A DNA stretch of 64,000 nucleotides from an uncultured Solirubrobacterales bacterium. Its GTDB lineage: Bacteria > Actinomycetota > Thermoleophilia > Solirubrobacterales > Solirubrobacteraceae. Shown here in pieces: positions 49,509-59,218 of this stretch (the first letter of the stretch is position 1; every line of letters begins with the position of its first letter). The translations under genes and the position numbers were made by a program. The notes under the pieces were generated by a model that worked only from the letters and a program-made list of their open reading frames with translations, was not told where the DNA came from and made no database searches. The DNA is taken from positions 2,207,053 through 2,271,052 of the forward strand of contig OY969898.1 of assembly GCA_963704375.1 (NCBI GenBank). Reading direction: 5' to 3'.

Positions 49509-49598
49509 GAGCTGGTGCTCCTTCAGTTGCGGATCAAATCTAAGTGAGACAGTAGCAGATTATCTGTAAACCACCAAGCGGCCCAGGACCGCTACCGT

Positions 49599-50237
49599 TT
49601 GCGTATGAAGCCAAAGCTTCGGGGGGTGTCGCATCAGTACGCCTTCTTCGTGTCTTTGGGGTGCGGCGTGGCCTTGATCCTCGCGGCCTCCAACGGGCGA
49701 GCGCGTCTCGCCGCCTGTATATATGCGCTCGCCGTCTCGGCACTTTTGGGTACCAGCGCGCTTTATCACAGGGTCACATGGCGGCCGCGAGCGCGGCGCT
49801 GGATGCGACGCTTGGATCATTCGATGATCTTCATGCTGATCGCGGGGACCTACACGCCCGTCGCTCTACTTGCCCTAAAAGGGTCGCTGGCAACCACGAT
49901 CTTGATCGTGCTATGGGCCGGGGCACTGGGCGGCGTCATCTTCAAGCTGTTGTGGATCGACGCGCCAAAGTGGTTGTTTGCCGGCATATATGTCGCGCTC
50001 GGACTGGTATCGGCCGCCGTATTCGGCGAGCTTCCCAGTGCGATTGGCTGGCTCGGGGTGGCCGGACTGGCCGCCGGTGGGCTGCTGTACGTGCTCGGGG
50101 CAGTCGTATACGCCAGTGGACGCCCGAACCCTTGGCCGAAGGTGTTCGGCTACCACGAGATCTTCCATGCACTTGTGATCGTCGCGGCGGGGCTGCAGTA
50201 CGCCGTGATCGCGTTCGCGGTGCTACCTCACGGTTGA
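49599..50237 (+). CDS. hemolysin III / PAQR-family membrane protein
   Basis: Seven hydrophobic segments with LYHR...LDHSMIFMLIAGTYTP...HEIFHALVIVAAGLQY. Confidence 0.88.
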   Translation: MRMKPKLRGVSHQYAFFVSLGCGVALILAASNGRARLAACIYALAVSALLGTSALYHRVTWRPRARRWMRRLDHSMIFMLIAGTYTPVALLALKGSLATTILIVLWAGALGGVIFKLLWIDAPKWLFAGIYVALGLVSAAVFGELPSAIGWLGVAGLAAGGLLYVLGAVVYASGRPNPWPKVFGYHEIFHALVIVAAGLQYAVIAFAVLPHG

Positions 50238-50992
50238 CGACTGGGGCACATCCGCGCCAGCGCACATTCGCCGCAGGCGGGAGTGCGCGCGTGGCAGGTC
50301 CGCCGCCCGTGGCGCAGCAGATTCACATGGAACTCCAGCTCGTGCCCCGGGGGAGTGAGCGCGAGCATCTCTTCATGTAGCTCCTCGAAGGGGGCACCGG
50401 GGCGAAACAGACCGAGGCGCGTGCCGACGCGCGAGACGTGCGTGTCGACCGGAATATCGGGCAGCCCGTAGGAGAACAACAGCACGCACGCTGCGGTCTT
50501 GCGCCCCACGCCGGACAGGGCGCAGAGGTAGGCGCGGCTCTGCTCGACGGGCGCTGTGCGCATCCAATCGAGCGACAGCGGATCGTCCGAACCGTGGCTG
50601 TCGCCCGCGTTGCGATCGCCGCCAACCGTGCGCGCGGAGTCCGCCTCGCCCTCGCCCGCGGAGCCGGCGATTGCCGCGAGGATCGCCTGGATGCGCGCCG
50701 ACTTGACCTTGGAGATGCCGCCGGGCCTGATCGCCTCCTCGACCTCCGCGACAGGTGCGGCGAGCACGGCCGCGTAGTCGATCGGCCGGGCAGGCTTGGC
50801 GAAGCGCTCGCGCAGTCGCAGGAAGGCGACGTCGCGATTGCGGTCGTTGGTGCTCTGCGAAAGCACCGTCAGCACAAGCTCGTCCAGCGGTCGCCCGTGC
50901 GGTGCCATCAGCGGTATCCCGTACACCTCGCGCAGGCGGTCGCGGATGCGCAGCACACGGGCGCGCGTCGGTCGCTTCCAGGCGTCGGGCAC
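50228..50992 (-). CDS. endonuclease III-like HhH-GPD DNA glycosylase with a 4Fe-4S loop
   Basis: LSGVGRKTAACVLLFSYGLPDIPVDTHVSRV, plus CHARTPACGECALARMC (C-x6-C-x2-C-x5-C). It contains a Gly/Asp-rich insert. Confidence 0.8.
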   Translation of the reverse strand: MPDAWKRPTRARVLRIRDRLREVYGIPLMAPHGRPLDELVLTVLSQSTNDRNRDVAFLRLRERFAKPARPIDYAAVLAAPVAEVEEAIRPGGISKVKSARIQAILAAIAGSAGEGEADSARTVGGDRNAGDSHGSDDPLSLDWMRTAPVEQSRAYLCALSGVGRKTAACVLLFSYGLPDIPVDTHVSRVGTRLGLFRPGAPFEELHEEMLALTPPGHELEFHVNLLRHGRRTCHARTPACGECALARMCPSRQP

Positions 50993-51056
50993 ACACCCAC
51001 GCTATATCCTCGCCCATCGCCCCGACTTGGCCAAGCACGAATGCCAGCGGTACACG

Positions 51057-53087
51057 CTACCCGCTCGTCCGTGCCCCTATCGCGAACACGATCGACCGCG
51101 CTCCACCGTGGATCGGCGTGAGCGTGAGACGGTAGGCATCCCGCGCGAGTGTGGTGTCACCGCTCAGATGAGATTGGTTGTGGCCCCGCGCGCCAGTAAG
51201 CGTGAGCGCGCCCGTCGCAGCGACCCAGTGCCTACTCCCGTGTGCCGTGAGCAAACGCGAGAGCGTGACCCGCACACGCGCGGATGCGCTGAGGTCGAAG
51301 GCGAAGGCCACCTGGGAGAGCGCGAGTTGGTTGCGGGCGATCGCCGCGCGCGCACGCGCGGTAAGACCGAGGCCGGTGACGCGGACAGTCGCTCCACTTG
51401 AGCCGCTGTTGTTGTCCTCGCCCGCGAGCGCTTCGGCGTCGGTGGTCTTTCGCCAGCTTTCTTCGGCCTGCTTTAGCTGCTGCTCTATTGCTTCGGTCTT
51501 CTGTGTGGCTGCCCTCGCCTGCGCTTCAGCGGCCTTTTGCGCTTCTTCGACCTTCCGTTCTTCGGCGGCTTTCTTTTCTGCCGCTTGCTGTTCTTCTTCG
51601 TGCTTACGTTCTTCGGCGGCCTTCTGCTCCGCCGCTTTCTTCTGTTCTTCTTCGGCTTTCTGTTCGGCAGCCAGCCGTTCCCGTTCGGGCCGCTGTTCGG
51701 CGGCCAGCCGTTCTTCTTCTCGCTTCCGTTCTTCGGCAGCCTTCTTTTCTGCCGCGCGCTGTTCTTCTTCGGCCTTCTTGGCGGCGACTTCCCTGGTGGC
51801 GACCCGGTTGGCGTGCCCCGCTTCGGAACCCGCTTCGAAAGCCGCGAGCCCGGCGGGCGCGCCGACGCCGGTCGGGCCGTCGTAGCCGGGGCCGGCGTTG
51901 CAGATCAGCACCCCCTTGCCGCAGTCGCTCAGGGAGAGCGGGAATTCCGACATTGAGCCTGCGCAGCCATTGGTGTACACGCCGTTGCACTTACCGTTGC
52001 CCCCCGAGGTGACGTCGTAGAGCGAGGCGCCACCGAGGTGGGAGTACAGAGTCGCGGCGGGATATTCGACTCCTTGGGCCCCACCGACGAGCGCGAACAG
52101 GGAGGCGACGATCGGCGAGGCCACGCTGGTGCCACCGATCGTCACCCAGCCGGGCGCGATCGAGGAGCCCGGTGCGTAGTAGTAGGGAACCGAGTCGTAG
52201 ATCGCCACGCCGGTGTCGGGGTCGGCGTCCGCTGAGACATCCGCGACGGCACGCCTGGATTCTTCGCCGGTGCCGCAGCCGACCGCGTCCCAGTCGGGTA
52301 CCGCGGTCTGCCAGGAGGGAGCGGAGAACACCCCGCTGCAGCCCCCGCCACCGGCGTTCTTTTCGTGGTCGCCGCCATCGTTCCAGACCGTCTCACTCGC
52401 ACGCGCGCCCGCTTCTGTCAGGGTCAGTTTGGTGCCGCCGACCGCAATCACACTCGGTGAGGAAGCCGGGTAGTTGACGCCGGATTCGTATTCATTGGGA
52501 TTCATCCAGTTCTCATAGCCCCAGTCGCCGGAGCCGGCGGTGATCACGATCCCCGGATCGTTGAAGGGGCGTCCAAAGGGATCTTTGTCTTCACCCCAGT
52601 CGGTCCAAGAGTTAGAGATCTCCGTCGCGCCCAGCTGCTCAGCCGTCCCCACGGCCGCTTCGAGCGCGGAAGCGGACGGAGCGGATGCATCCACGAGCAA
52701 TATGCGGCAGTTGCGGCAGATGCCGTGGGCAACCTCGATGTCGATCGACGTCTCGCCGGCCCACTGCGAGGCCGTTTCCACTTCACGCTGGTTGCCGGCC
52801 ACCGGCAGGTTCCCTGTTTCTCCGTTCTGGTTGACCTGCTCGAAGCAGTCGCTCACGGCGCCGCTTGTGCAGGGGGGCAGCACAGGCAGCCCGAACTTCT
52901 CGGAGTAGACGCTGAGATCGGTTTCGGCTTCGGGGTCGGCGTAGGCGTCGACGAGCGCGATCGTCTGCGGTTCGCCCACGGGCGCTTCGGGACGTTCACC
53001 AGGGAAATAGACGCTGCGCAAGTCATCGGGGCTCAGGCCATACGCGCCTGTCGCGATGGCTGGCGAGGCGTCCGAGTCCAGCGTCAC
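51057..53087 (-). CDS. S8/S53 (sedolisin-like) serine peptidase with a long E/K/A-rich repeat region and a C-terminal domain; true N-terminus probably upstream
   Basis: QTIALVDAYADPEAETDLSVYSEKFGLP, ETSIDIEVAHGI, ISNSW, YPASSPSVIAVGGT, IGGTSVASPIVASLFALV. The frame stays open upstream to 53324 and encodes a signal-peptide-like segment, but with no ATG/GTG/TTG. Confidence 0.8.
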   Translation of the reverse strand: MTLDSDASPAIATGAYGLSPDDLRSVYFPGERPEAPVGEPQTIALVDAYADPEAETDLSVYSEKFGLPVLPPCTSGAVSDCFEQVNQNGETGNLPVAGNQREVETASQWAGETSIDIEVAHGICRNCRILLVDASAPSASALEAAVGTAEQLGATEISNSWTDWGEDKDPFGRPFNDPGIVITAGSGDWGYENWMNPNEYESGVNYPASSPSVIAVGGTKLTLTEAGARASETVWNDGGDHEKNAGGGGCSGVFSAPSWQTAVPDWDAVGCGTGEESRRAVADVSADADPDTGVAIYDSVPYYYAPGSSIAPGWVTIGGTSVASPIVASLFALVGGAQGVEYPAATLYSHLGGASLYDVTSGGNGKCNGVYTNGCAGSMSEFPLSLSDCGKGVLICNAGPGYDGPTGVGAPAGLAAFEAGSEAGHANRVATREVAAKKAEEEQRAAEKKAAEERKREEERLAAEQRPERERLAAEQKAEEEQKKAAEQKAAEERKHEEEQQAAEKKAAEERKVEEAQKAAEAQARAATQKTEAIEQQLKQAEESWRKTTDAEALAGEDNNSGSSGATVRVTGLGLTARARAAIARNQLALSQVAFAFDLSASARVRVTLSRLLTAHGSRHWVAATGALTLTGARGHNQSHLSGDTTLARDAYRLTLTPIHGGARSIVFAIGARTSG
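51440..51800 (-). repeat. imperfect tandem coding repeats (AAE[K/Q]KAAEERK-EEE units)
   Basis: Recurrent ccgttcttcggc(g/a)gc(c/t)ttcttttctgccgc-type units. Protein: AAKKAEEEQRAAEKKAAEERKREEERLAAEQRPERERLAAEQKAEEEQKKAAEQKAAEERKHEEEQQAAEKKAAEERKVEEAQKAAEAQ. Confidence 0.8.
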
Positions 53088-53377
53088 CCCCAGCGGGTGG
53101 GTGTGCGCTCGCGCAGCCGCCGTTCGCGGAACTAGCTCCGACGCCAGGCACGTCGCTTCGCCGGGCGCAGGTGGCGCACACAGCGGGCGCGTCGTGTAAT
53201 CAGATTCCGGCAGCGGCGCGACCGAGGCGGCCGCAACGGCGGGCAGGCACAGCGCAAAGGCGACGACCGCCGCGAGCGCCGTCTCCCTGTTCGGGTTCCG
53301 GCTCTTTTGGTGCCTCGCCTCGATCTAACCCACCCCCAAGCAAACCTATATCCAAGCGCCATGATAACCGTACGTCA

Positions 53378-54862
53378 GTGATCGATAGAGTCGAAGCCGG
53401 TGCGACCCCGAGTGTGGCGCTCGTGGGCGGGGCGCGAGCCCGTGCGCCGCGAGCCCCGTCGCCGCGCACGGTTGCGCTGCTGATCGCGTGCCCGCTTGCG
53501 CTCGCTTACCTGATCCTCGCACCACCGGCCGGCGACCTCGCGGCCGCGACCTATCGCAGCGACCTATTCGCGCGCGTCGGCTTCACCACCTGGGACACCG
53601 GCTGGTACGCCGCGCACGGCTACTGGCTGCCCGGCTACTCGCTGCTCTCGCCGGCCCTGGGCGCGCTACTGGGCGTGCGTGTGCTGCTGGCGCTCTCAGC
53701 ACTCGCGGCCTCCGTGATGTTCGCGCTGATCGTCGAGCGTGTATTCGAGCCAACCGCGGCACGCCTCGCCTCCGCCTGGTTCGCACTCGGCATCTGCGTC
53801 GGGATGCTGTCCGGGCGCGTGCCGTATGACCTCGGTTTTGCGATCGGCCTCGGCTCGGTGCTCGCACTGCTGCGTGGCTCGCTGCCGGCTGCGCTCCTAT
53901 TGGCTGCACTCACAGGCATCGCCAGCCCCGTCGCGGGAGCGTTCCTCGGGCTCACGGGGTTGGCGGTGGCACTGGGCGATCTCCAGGTAGGCAGACGGGC
54001 GGGCGCGAAGCAGGCCGCAAGCGGAGAGCTGCAGGGCGACCAACATTCACAGCCGGCGACAGCAGGGGGCCTACGGCGCGGCGCGGCGCTGTGTAGCGCC
54101 GCGCTGATCCCAGTGCTGGTGCTGGCACTCGCCTACCCCGACGGCGGCTACGAGCCGTTCGCCGCGTCGGCCTTCTGGCCCGCGCTCGCGGGCGTGCTGC
54201 TGATCGCACTGCTGTTGCCGCAAGGACCGCTGAGCAAGCAGGACTGGCGCGTGCTGCGTCTCGGCGCGGCTCTGTACGTAGTGGCGCTGATCGGCGCGTA
54301 TGCGATCCACACGCCGATGGGCGGCAACGCCGCTCGACTTGGGCCCCTGCTTGCCGCGCCGCTGCTGGCGGGCGTGCTGTGGGGAAAACACCGCACCGTG
54401 CTGCTGGCGCTCGCACCCGTGTTGCTCTACTGGCAGCTGGCGACACCGATCCACGACTACTCCTCGATCTCAGGCGACCAGTCGGTCAAAGCCTCCTACT
54501 ACGCTCCGGTCCTGACGGAGCTGCACAGATTGAGCGGCGGCAAGCCGACAATCGTCGAGGTGCCGATGACAGCCGCACACTGGGAATCGGCCTACCTCGC
54601 CGGCCACGACGGCATCGAGCTCGCCCGCGGCTGGGAGCGCCAACTGGACACGCGCTACGCGGCGATCTTCTACCGCAAAGCGCTGAGCGCACCGGAGTAC
54701 CGCGCCTGGCTTGCCGAAAACAGGGTCGCGTATGTCGCGTTGGCGGACACGCGCCTCGATGGCGCCGGACGCCTGGAGGGAGCGCTCGTCGCCCACGGAC
54801 TGCCCTATTTGCGGGAGCTATGGCGCTCGCAACACTGGCGCCTGTACAGGTTCATGGGCTAG
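53378..54862 (+). CDS. polytopic integral membrane protein with a soluble C-terminal domain; possibly a GT-C-like glycosyltransferase (function not established)
   Basis: About 10 hydrophobic segments, followed by HWESAYLAGHDGIELARGWERQLDTRYAAIFY...HWRLYRF. I place the start at the GTG at 53378. The upstream part of the track ORF overlaps the peptidase leader region. Confidence 0.7.
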   Translation: MIDRVEAGATPSVALVGGARARAPRAPSPRTVALLIACPLALAYLILAPPAGDLAAATYRSDLFARVGFTTWDTGWYAAHGYWLPGYSLLSPALGALLGVRVLLALSALAASVMFALIVERVFEPTAARLASAWFALGICVGMLSGRVPYDLGFAIGLGSVLALLRGSLPAALLLAALTGIASPVAGAFLGLTGLAVALGDLQVGRRAGAKQAASGELQGDQHSQPATAGGLRRGAALCSAALIPVLVLALAYPDGGYEPFAASAFWPALAGVLLIALLLPQGPLSKQDWRVLRLGAALYVVALIGAYAIHTPMGGNAARLGPLLAAPLLAGVLWGKHRTVLLALAPVLLYWQLATPIHDYSSISGDQSVKASYYAPVLTELHRLSGGKPTIVEVPMTAAHWESAYLAGHDGIELARGWERQLDTRYAAIFYRKALSAPEYRAWLAENRVAYVALADTRLDGAGRLEGALVAHGLPYLRELWRSQHWRLYRFMG

Positions 54863-54872
54863 GCTTTCTCCG

Positions 54873-55652
54873 ATGCTCGCTCGGTTCCGTGGTCTACAGG
54901 CACGCGCACTGCCGCACGGATGGACCGACGTGCTGCGCCAAGTCGCCCTGGTCGGATTGGCCTATGGCGCCTACAGCCTCGTGCGCGGACTCGTCGGTGG
55001 CGATGGGCGAGCCGCCTTCGCGCATGCCAGCGACCTGATTCACATCGAGCGCTCGCTACACGTGTTCGTCGAGCCCAGCATCCAGGCGTGGGCCTCGGGC
55101 AGCCATCTGCTGATGGACTTCTCCAGTTGGTTGTACGTAAACGCGCAGACGACGATCACGCTCACCGCGTTGATCTACCTGTACCTGCGCCACAACCGCT
55201 CCTTTTACTTCGTGCGCAACATGTTCGCGATCGCGATGCTGATCGCGCTCGTGGGCTATGCGGTATTCCCGACCGCGCCGCCGCGCTTCCTGCCCGAGTG
55301 GGGCTTCATCGACTCGGTATCGGACTTCACTGGCGTACATGTCTCGCACGCGAGCGCTTCGATGAACGCGCTATTCAACCCCTACGCCGCCGTGCCCTCG
55401 ATGCACGTCGCGTTCGCGCTGATGATCGGCTGGCCGCTGGCATCGCTGTCGCGCACGCGTGTGGCCAGCGTGCTGTGGCGGTTGTACCCGCTGCTGATCG
55501 CGTTCGTGATCGTTGCGACCGCCAACCACTTCATCATCGACGCCGTGCTTGGAGCGCTTACAGCCGGCGTCTCGGCGCTCGGCGCTCAGCGGCTGGCGCG
55601 GATGCGCCCGGCCGCGTGGCGCTTCGGCCCAACCCCGGCAGGAGCCGGATAG
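54873..55652 (+). CDS. PAP2-superfamily membrane protein of the Aur1/IPC-synthase-like (PAP2_3) type
   Basis: Six hydrophobic segments with FPTAPPRF...YAAVPSMHVAFAL...ATANHFIIDAVLG (H...D motif). Start at ATG 54873. Confidence 0.7.
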   Translation: MLARFRGLQARALPHGWTDVLRQVALVGLAYGAYSLVRGLVGGDGRAAFAHASDLIHIERSLHVFVEPSIQAWASGSHLLMDFSSWLYVNAQTTITLTALIYLYLRHNRSFYFVRNMFAIAMLIALVGYAVFPTAPPRFLPEWGFIDSVSDFTGVHVSHASASMNALFNPYAAVPSMHVAFALMIGWPLASLSRTRVASVLWRLYPLLIAFVIVATANHFIIDAVLGALTAGVSALGAQRLARMRPAAWRFGPTPAGAG

Positions 55653-55658
55653 GCTCTC

Positions 55659-56399
55659 GTGTTCCTGAGCACCCCCCGCCGGCGTCGCACCAAGCGCCTC
55701 GGGCCCCGACCGCACTCGATGCCACCCTCCCCTCCATCGCATAGACAGCCCACTCGCACACGCCGCGCACGCGCCGGCTCCGCTCGTGCGCGTCCAGGCA
55801 GGCGCGCGGCGCTCACTGGCGCCGAGCGTCGCGAGATCGTGCGCAACCGCTTGATCGAGTCGCGTCTGACTCCCAACGCGATCTCGATGACCGGGCTGGT
55901 GCTGAACCTGGTCGCGGCGGTACTGGTGTGGGAACGCCTGTATTTCCTGGGAGGGATCGCGTTCATCGTCGGCTCGGTAATGGACACGCTCGACGGCCGC
56001 TATTCGCGCATGTCCGGCAAGGGAACACCGTTCGGCGCCTTCCTGGACTCGACGCTCGACCGCATCGAGGAGGGGATCGTGCTGACCGCCGTTGCCGCGG
56101 ACTTCGCTCGCGAAGGACGCTCGGGCGCCGCCGCTGCCGTGGTCGTCGCGGTGCTGGCGTCGCTGATGGTGTCCTACACCCGTGCACGAGCGGAGGCGCT
56201 TGGCGTGGAGTGCAAGGTGGGGATCGCCACTCGCCCGGTGCGTGTCGTGATCCTCGCCGTGGGCTTGATTTTCGCAAAGGGCGCCTCGCTCGGAGACTTC
56301 AGCCTGCTGGCACCTGCCGTGTACGTGCTGGCTGCACTGAGCGTGATCACCGTGGCGCAGCGCATATGGCACGTCAAGCGTGCGCTGTCTGTCACCTAA
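55659..56399 (+). CDS. CDP-alcohol phosphatidyltransferase (candidate phosphatidylinositol-phosphate synthase)
   Basis: DTLDGRYSRMSGKGTPFGAFLDSTLDRIEE matches D-x2-DG-x2-AR...G-x3-D-x3-D. It has an Arg/Pro-rich N-terminal extension and sits upstream of ino1. Start uncertain (GTG 55659 or ATG 55719). Confidence 0.85.
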   Translation: MFLSTPRRRRTKRLGPRPHSMPPSPPSHRQPTRTRRARAGSARARPGRRAALTGAERREIVRNRLIESRLTPNAISMTGLVLNLVAAVLVWERLYFLGGIAFIVGSVMDTLDGRYSRMSGKGTPFGAFLDSTLDRIEEGIVLTAVAADFAREGRSGAAAAVVVAVLASLMVSYTRARAEALGVECKVGIATRPVRVVILAVGLIFAKGASLGDFSLLAPAVYVLAALSVITVAQRIWHVKRALSVT

Positions 56400-56450
56400 C
56401 CGAGGTGGCGGGGTAATCTCCCCCGACCTCCACAAAGGAAACCGCACTAG

Positions 56451-57656
56451 ATGAGCATTCAACAGAGCAATGGCGCCGCCTCCTTCAACGGCAAGGCGCG
56501 CTACCAACAGGACAAGGTTCGCGTCGCCATCGTCGGCGTCGGCAACTGCGCCTCCGCGTTCGTGCAGGGCGTGCACTACTACAAGGACGCCAATCCGAAC
56601 GAGCTCGTGCCCGGGCTGATGCACGTGGACCTCGGCGGCTATCACGTGCGCGACATCGAATTCACGGCCGCTTTCGATATCGACGCCACGAAGGTCGGCA
56701 AGGACCTCGGCCAGGCGATCTGGGCCGGGCAGAACAACACGATGAAGTTCGCCAAGGTGCCGAAGAAGCTCGACGTGCCTGTGTATCGCGGCATGACCCA
56801 CGACGGCCTTGGCAAGTACCTCAAGCAGAAGATCAAAAAGGCACCTGGCGAGACCGCCGACATCGTGAGCATCCTCAAGGACACGCACACCGACGTGGTC
56901 GTGTCCTACCTCCCTGTGGGCAGCGAGGACGCGACCAAGTGGTACGTGGAGCAGATCCTCGAGGCCGGCTGTGGCTTTGTCAACTGCATCCCCGTGTTCA
57001 TCGCACGCGAGGACTACTGGGACCGGCGCTTCAAGAAGGCCGGACTGCCAATCGTCGGCGACGACATCAAGTCGCAGGTGGGCGCCACGATCGTGCACCG
57101 CACGCTCGCGCGCCTGTTCGCAGATCGCGGCGTGAAGATGCTCCGCACCTCCCAGCTCAACGTGGGCGGCAACATGGACTTCTACAACATGCTCGAGCGC
57201 GAGCGCCTGGAGTCCAAGAAGATCTCAAAGACCAACGCCGTCACTTCGATCATGGACGAGCAGCTACCCGCCGATGACGTGTACATCGGGCCAAGCGACT
57301 ACGTGCCGTGGCTGACCGACCGTAAGTGGGCCCACATTCGCGTGGAGGGCCAAGCCTTCGGCGACGTGCCGCTCAACGTCGAGATGAAGCTCGAGGTGTG
57401 GGACTCGCCCAACTCGGCCGGCATCGTGATCGACGCGGTGCGCTGCTGCAAGCTCGCGCTGAACAACGGCATCGGCGGCCAGCTCGACGGTCCCTCCTCC
57501 TACCTGATGAAGTCGCCGCACAATCAGCGCCCGGACAACCTCGCGCGCGAGGAGACCGAGAAGTTCATCGCCAAGCACTCCCGGATGAAAGCCTCACCCG
57601 CCCCCGCAAAGCCTAAGGGGCGCACCGCCGTACGCAAGCCCGTCGTCAAGTCCTGA
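56451..57656 (+). CDS. ino1: myo-inositol-1-phosphate synthase
   Basis: [24 protein letters not shown]...SYLPVGSE...[15 protein letters not shown]...[13 protein letters not shown]. Lys/Pro-rich C-terminal tail. Confidence 0.92.
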   Translation: MSIQQSNGAASFNGKARYQQDKVRVAIVGVGNCASAFVQGVHYYKDANPNELVPGLMHVDLGGYHVRDIEFTAAFDIDATKVGKDLGQAIWAGQNNTMKFAKVPKKLDVPVYRGMTHDGLGKYLKQKIKKAPGETADIVSILKDTHTDVVVSYLPVGSEDATKWYVEQILEAGCGFVNCIPVFIAREDYWDRRFKKAGLPIVGDDIKSQVGATIVHRTLARLFADRGVKMLRTSQLNVGGNMDFYNMLERERLESKKISKTNAVTSIMDEQLPADDVYIGPSDYVPWLTDRKWAHIRVEGQAFGDVPLNVEMKLEVWDSPNSAGIVIDAVRCCKLALNNGIGGQLDGPSSYLMKSPHNQRPDNLAREETEKFIAKHSRMKASPAPAKPKGRTAVRKPVVKS

Positions 57657-57717
57657 CGGTCAGGCCGCCAGGCCCGTCCTTCGCGGACGGGCCCGCAAGC
57701 GCGGGCAGGCGAGCATA

Positions 57718-59097
57718 ATGGGAGCAGTGAGCGCACCCACGTTCTCGATCGCGCACGTAACGCCATACCCCTGGGAGAACGGGGACAACGAGATCAACGC
57801 GTATGTGGCTCGCCTCGCGGCAGAGCTTTCGCGGCGCGGACACAGGGTGTTGATTCTCGCGCCATCGCGCTCGCCCGAGCGGGTGCGTGAGTCGCGCCGC
57901 GAGCTGCGCACAGCCAAGGACGAGCCGGCGAGCCTGCTGGAAGGCACCGACAAAGGCGAGCCGCGCCTGCTCGCGATCGGCGAGGTGCTCGACATGGGCA
58001 GTACCGCCGCGCGGCGCCCGCTGGCGCTGCCCGTCGACGTGGCACGCACGCTCGAGGAACTGCTCGCCAGGGTGCCGCTTGACATCGTGCATGTGCACGA
58101 GCCCTCAGCGGGGCTCGTGGGACTCGGAACGTCGAGCGCCGCGCTGCGTCATTCGCGTTCGCTGAACGTCGGCTCTTTCAGCTCGCCGGAGGAGCGACTG
58201 CCCTCCGCCACGCTTGCGCGACGCTTCGTGGAGAGCTTCCTCGCGCGACTCGACGCGCGACTCGACAGCACGGCCAGCGTCGAGGAGGTCGAGAAGACCT
58301 ATCGCGAATTGATCGCGCGACGGCATGACACCAGAGAAGACGCCGCGCTGCGCCGTCGCTTGGAGCGTCGCCCGCAGATCGACGTGGACCTGCATATGCA
58401 CACCGACCACTCCGGCGATTGCGAAACGCCGGTAGAGGTTTTGCTCGCGACCGCCAAAGAAGTCGGCCTCGGAGCGATCGCGGTGACCGACCACAACGAG
58501 ATTTCCGGTGCCCTGGAGGCGCGCGAGAAGGCCAAGGCAGCCGGCGTGAAGGTGATCGTGGGCGAGGAGGTCAAGACCGCCGAGCAGGGTGAGGTAATCG
58601 GCCTGTTCATTGAGGAGAAGATCCCGCGCGGCCTCAGCATGGCCGAGACGGTGGCGGAGATCAAGCGCCAAGGCGGCCTCGTGTATGTGCCCCACCCCTT
58701 CGACAGGATGCACGCGGTGCCCGACTACGAGCACCTGCTGCCGATCCTCGACGACGTCGACGCGATCGAGGTGTTCAACCCGCGCGTGGCCATCGGCGCG
58801 TTCAACGAGGAGGCGGTCCGCTTCGCCGCCAAGTACCGCATCGTGGCCGGTGCCGGCTCCGATTCGCACGTCGCGCAAGGTCTCGGCTCGGTGCGCATCC
58901 GGATGCGCGACTTCGACGGCCCGCAAGAGTTCCTGCAATCGCTCAGGGACGCCGAAATCACGACCAAGCCTTCCAGCCTCATATACGTGCAGGCGCTGAA
59001 GTTCCTGCAAACGAAGGCCACACCAGCAGCCGCCCGCAAGGCCTCACGCGAGCGACGCGTGCGCAGGGCAACAAGGGGCAGCGGTGGGGGAACATGA
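57718..59097 (+). CDS. fusion protein: GT4-type glycosyltransferase N-terminal half-domain plus a PHP-family metal-dependent phosphoesterase
   Basis: N-terminus: IAHVTPYPWENGDNEINAYVARLAAELSRRGHRVLILAP...DIVHVHEP. C-terminus: IDVDLHMHTDHSGDC...AVTDHNEISG...VPHPFD...AGSDSH (PHP His/Asp ligands). Confidence 0.75.
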   Translation: MGAVSAPTFSIAHVTPYPWENGDNEINAYVARLAAELSRRGHRVLILAPSRSPERVRESRRELRTAKDEPASLLEGTDKGEPRLLAIGEVLDMGSTAARRPLALPVDVARTLEELLARVPLDIVHVHEPSAGLVGLGTSSAALRHSRSLNVGSFSSPEERLPSATLARRFVESFLARLDARLDSTASVEEVEKTYRELIARRHDTREDAALRRRLERRPQIDVDLHMHTDHSGDCETPVEVLLATAKEVGLGAIAVTDHNEISGALEAREKAKAAGVKVIVGEEVKTAEQGEVIGLFIEEKIPRGLSMAETVAEIKRQGGLVYVPHPFDRMHAVPDYEHLLPILDDVDAIEVFNPRVAIGAFNEEAVRFAAKYRIVAGAGSDSHVAQGLGSVRIRMRDFDGPQEFLQSLRDAEITTKPSSLIYVQALKFLQTKATPAAARKASRERRVRRATRGSGGGT

Positions 59098-59218
59098 GGC
59101 CTTACATGGACCTACGCGGCCGAGGGTCGAGCCTGGCCAGGACGCAGAGAGTGAAGTGTGCTCTGCACACGAACGATCGAGGACGCCGCCAGGCGAAGTG
59201 CCCTCGGTCGCGTAGGCG

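Noticed and set aside
49509-49598. I searched for an HspR operator (HAIR, CTTGAGT-N7-ACTCAAG) or a CIRCE element upstream of dnaK.
   Set aside because: Only a weak 5-bp inverted repeat (AATCT-N15-AGATT) is present and I saw nothing close to the consensus. The operator may be divergent in this lineage, or I may have missed it by eye.
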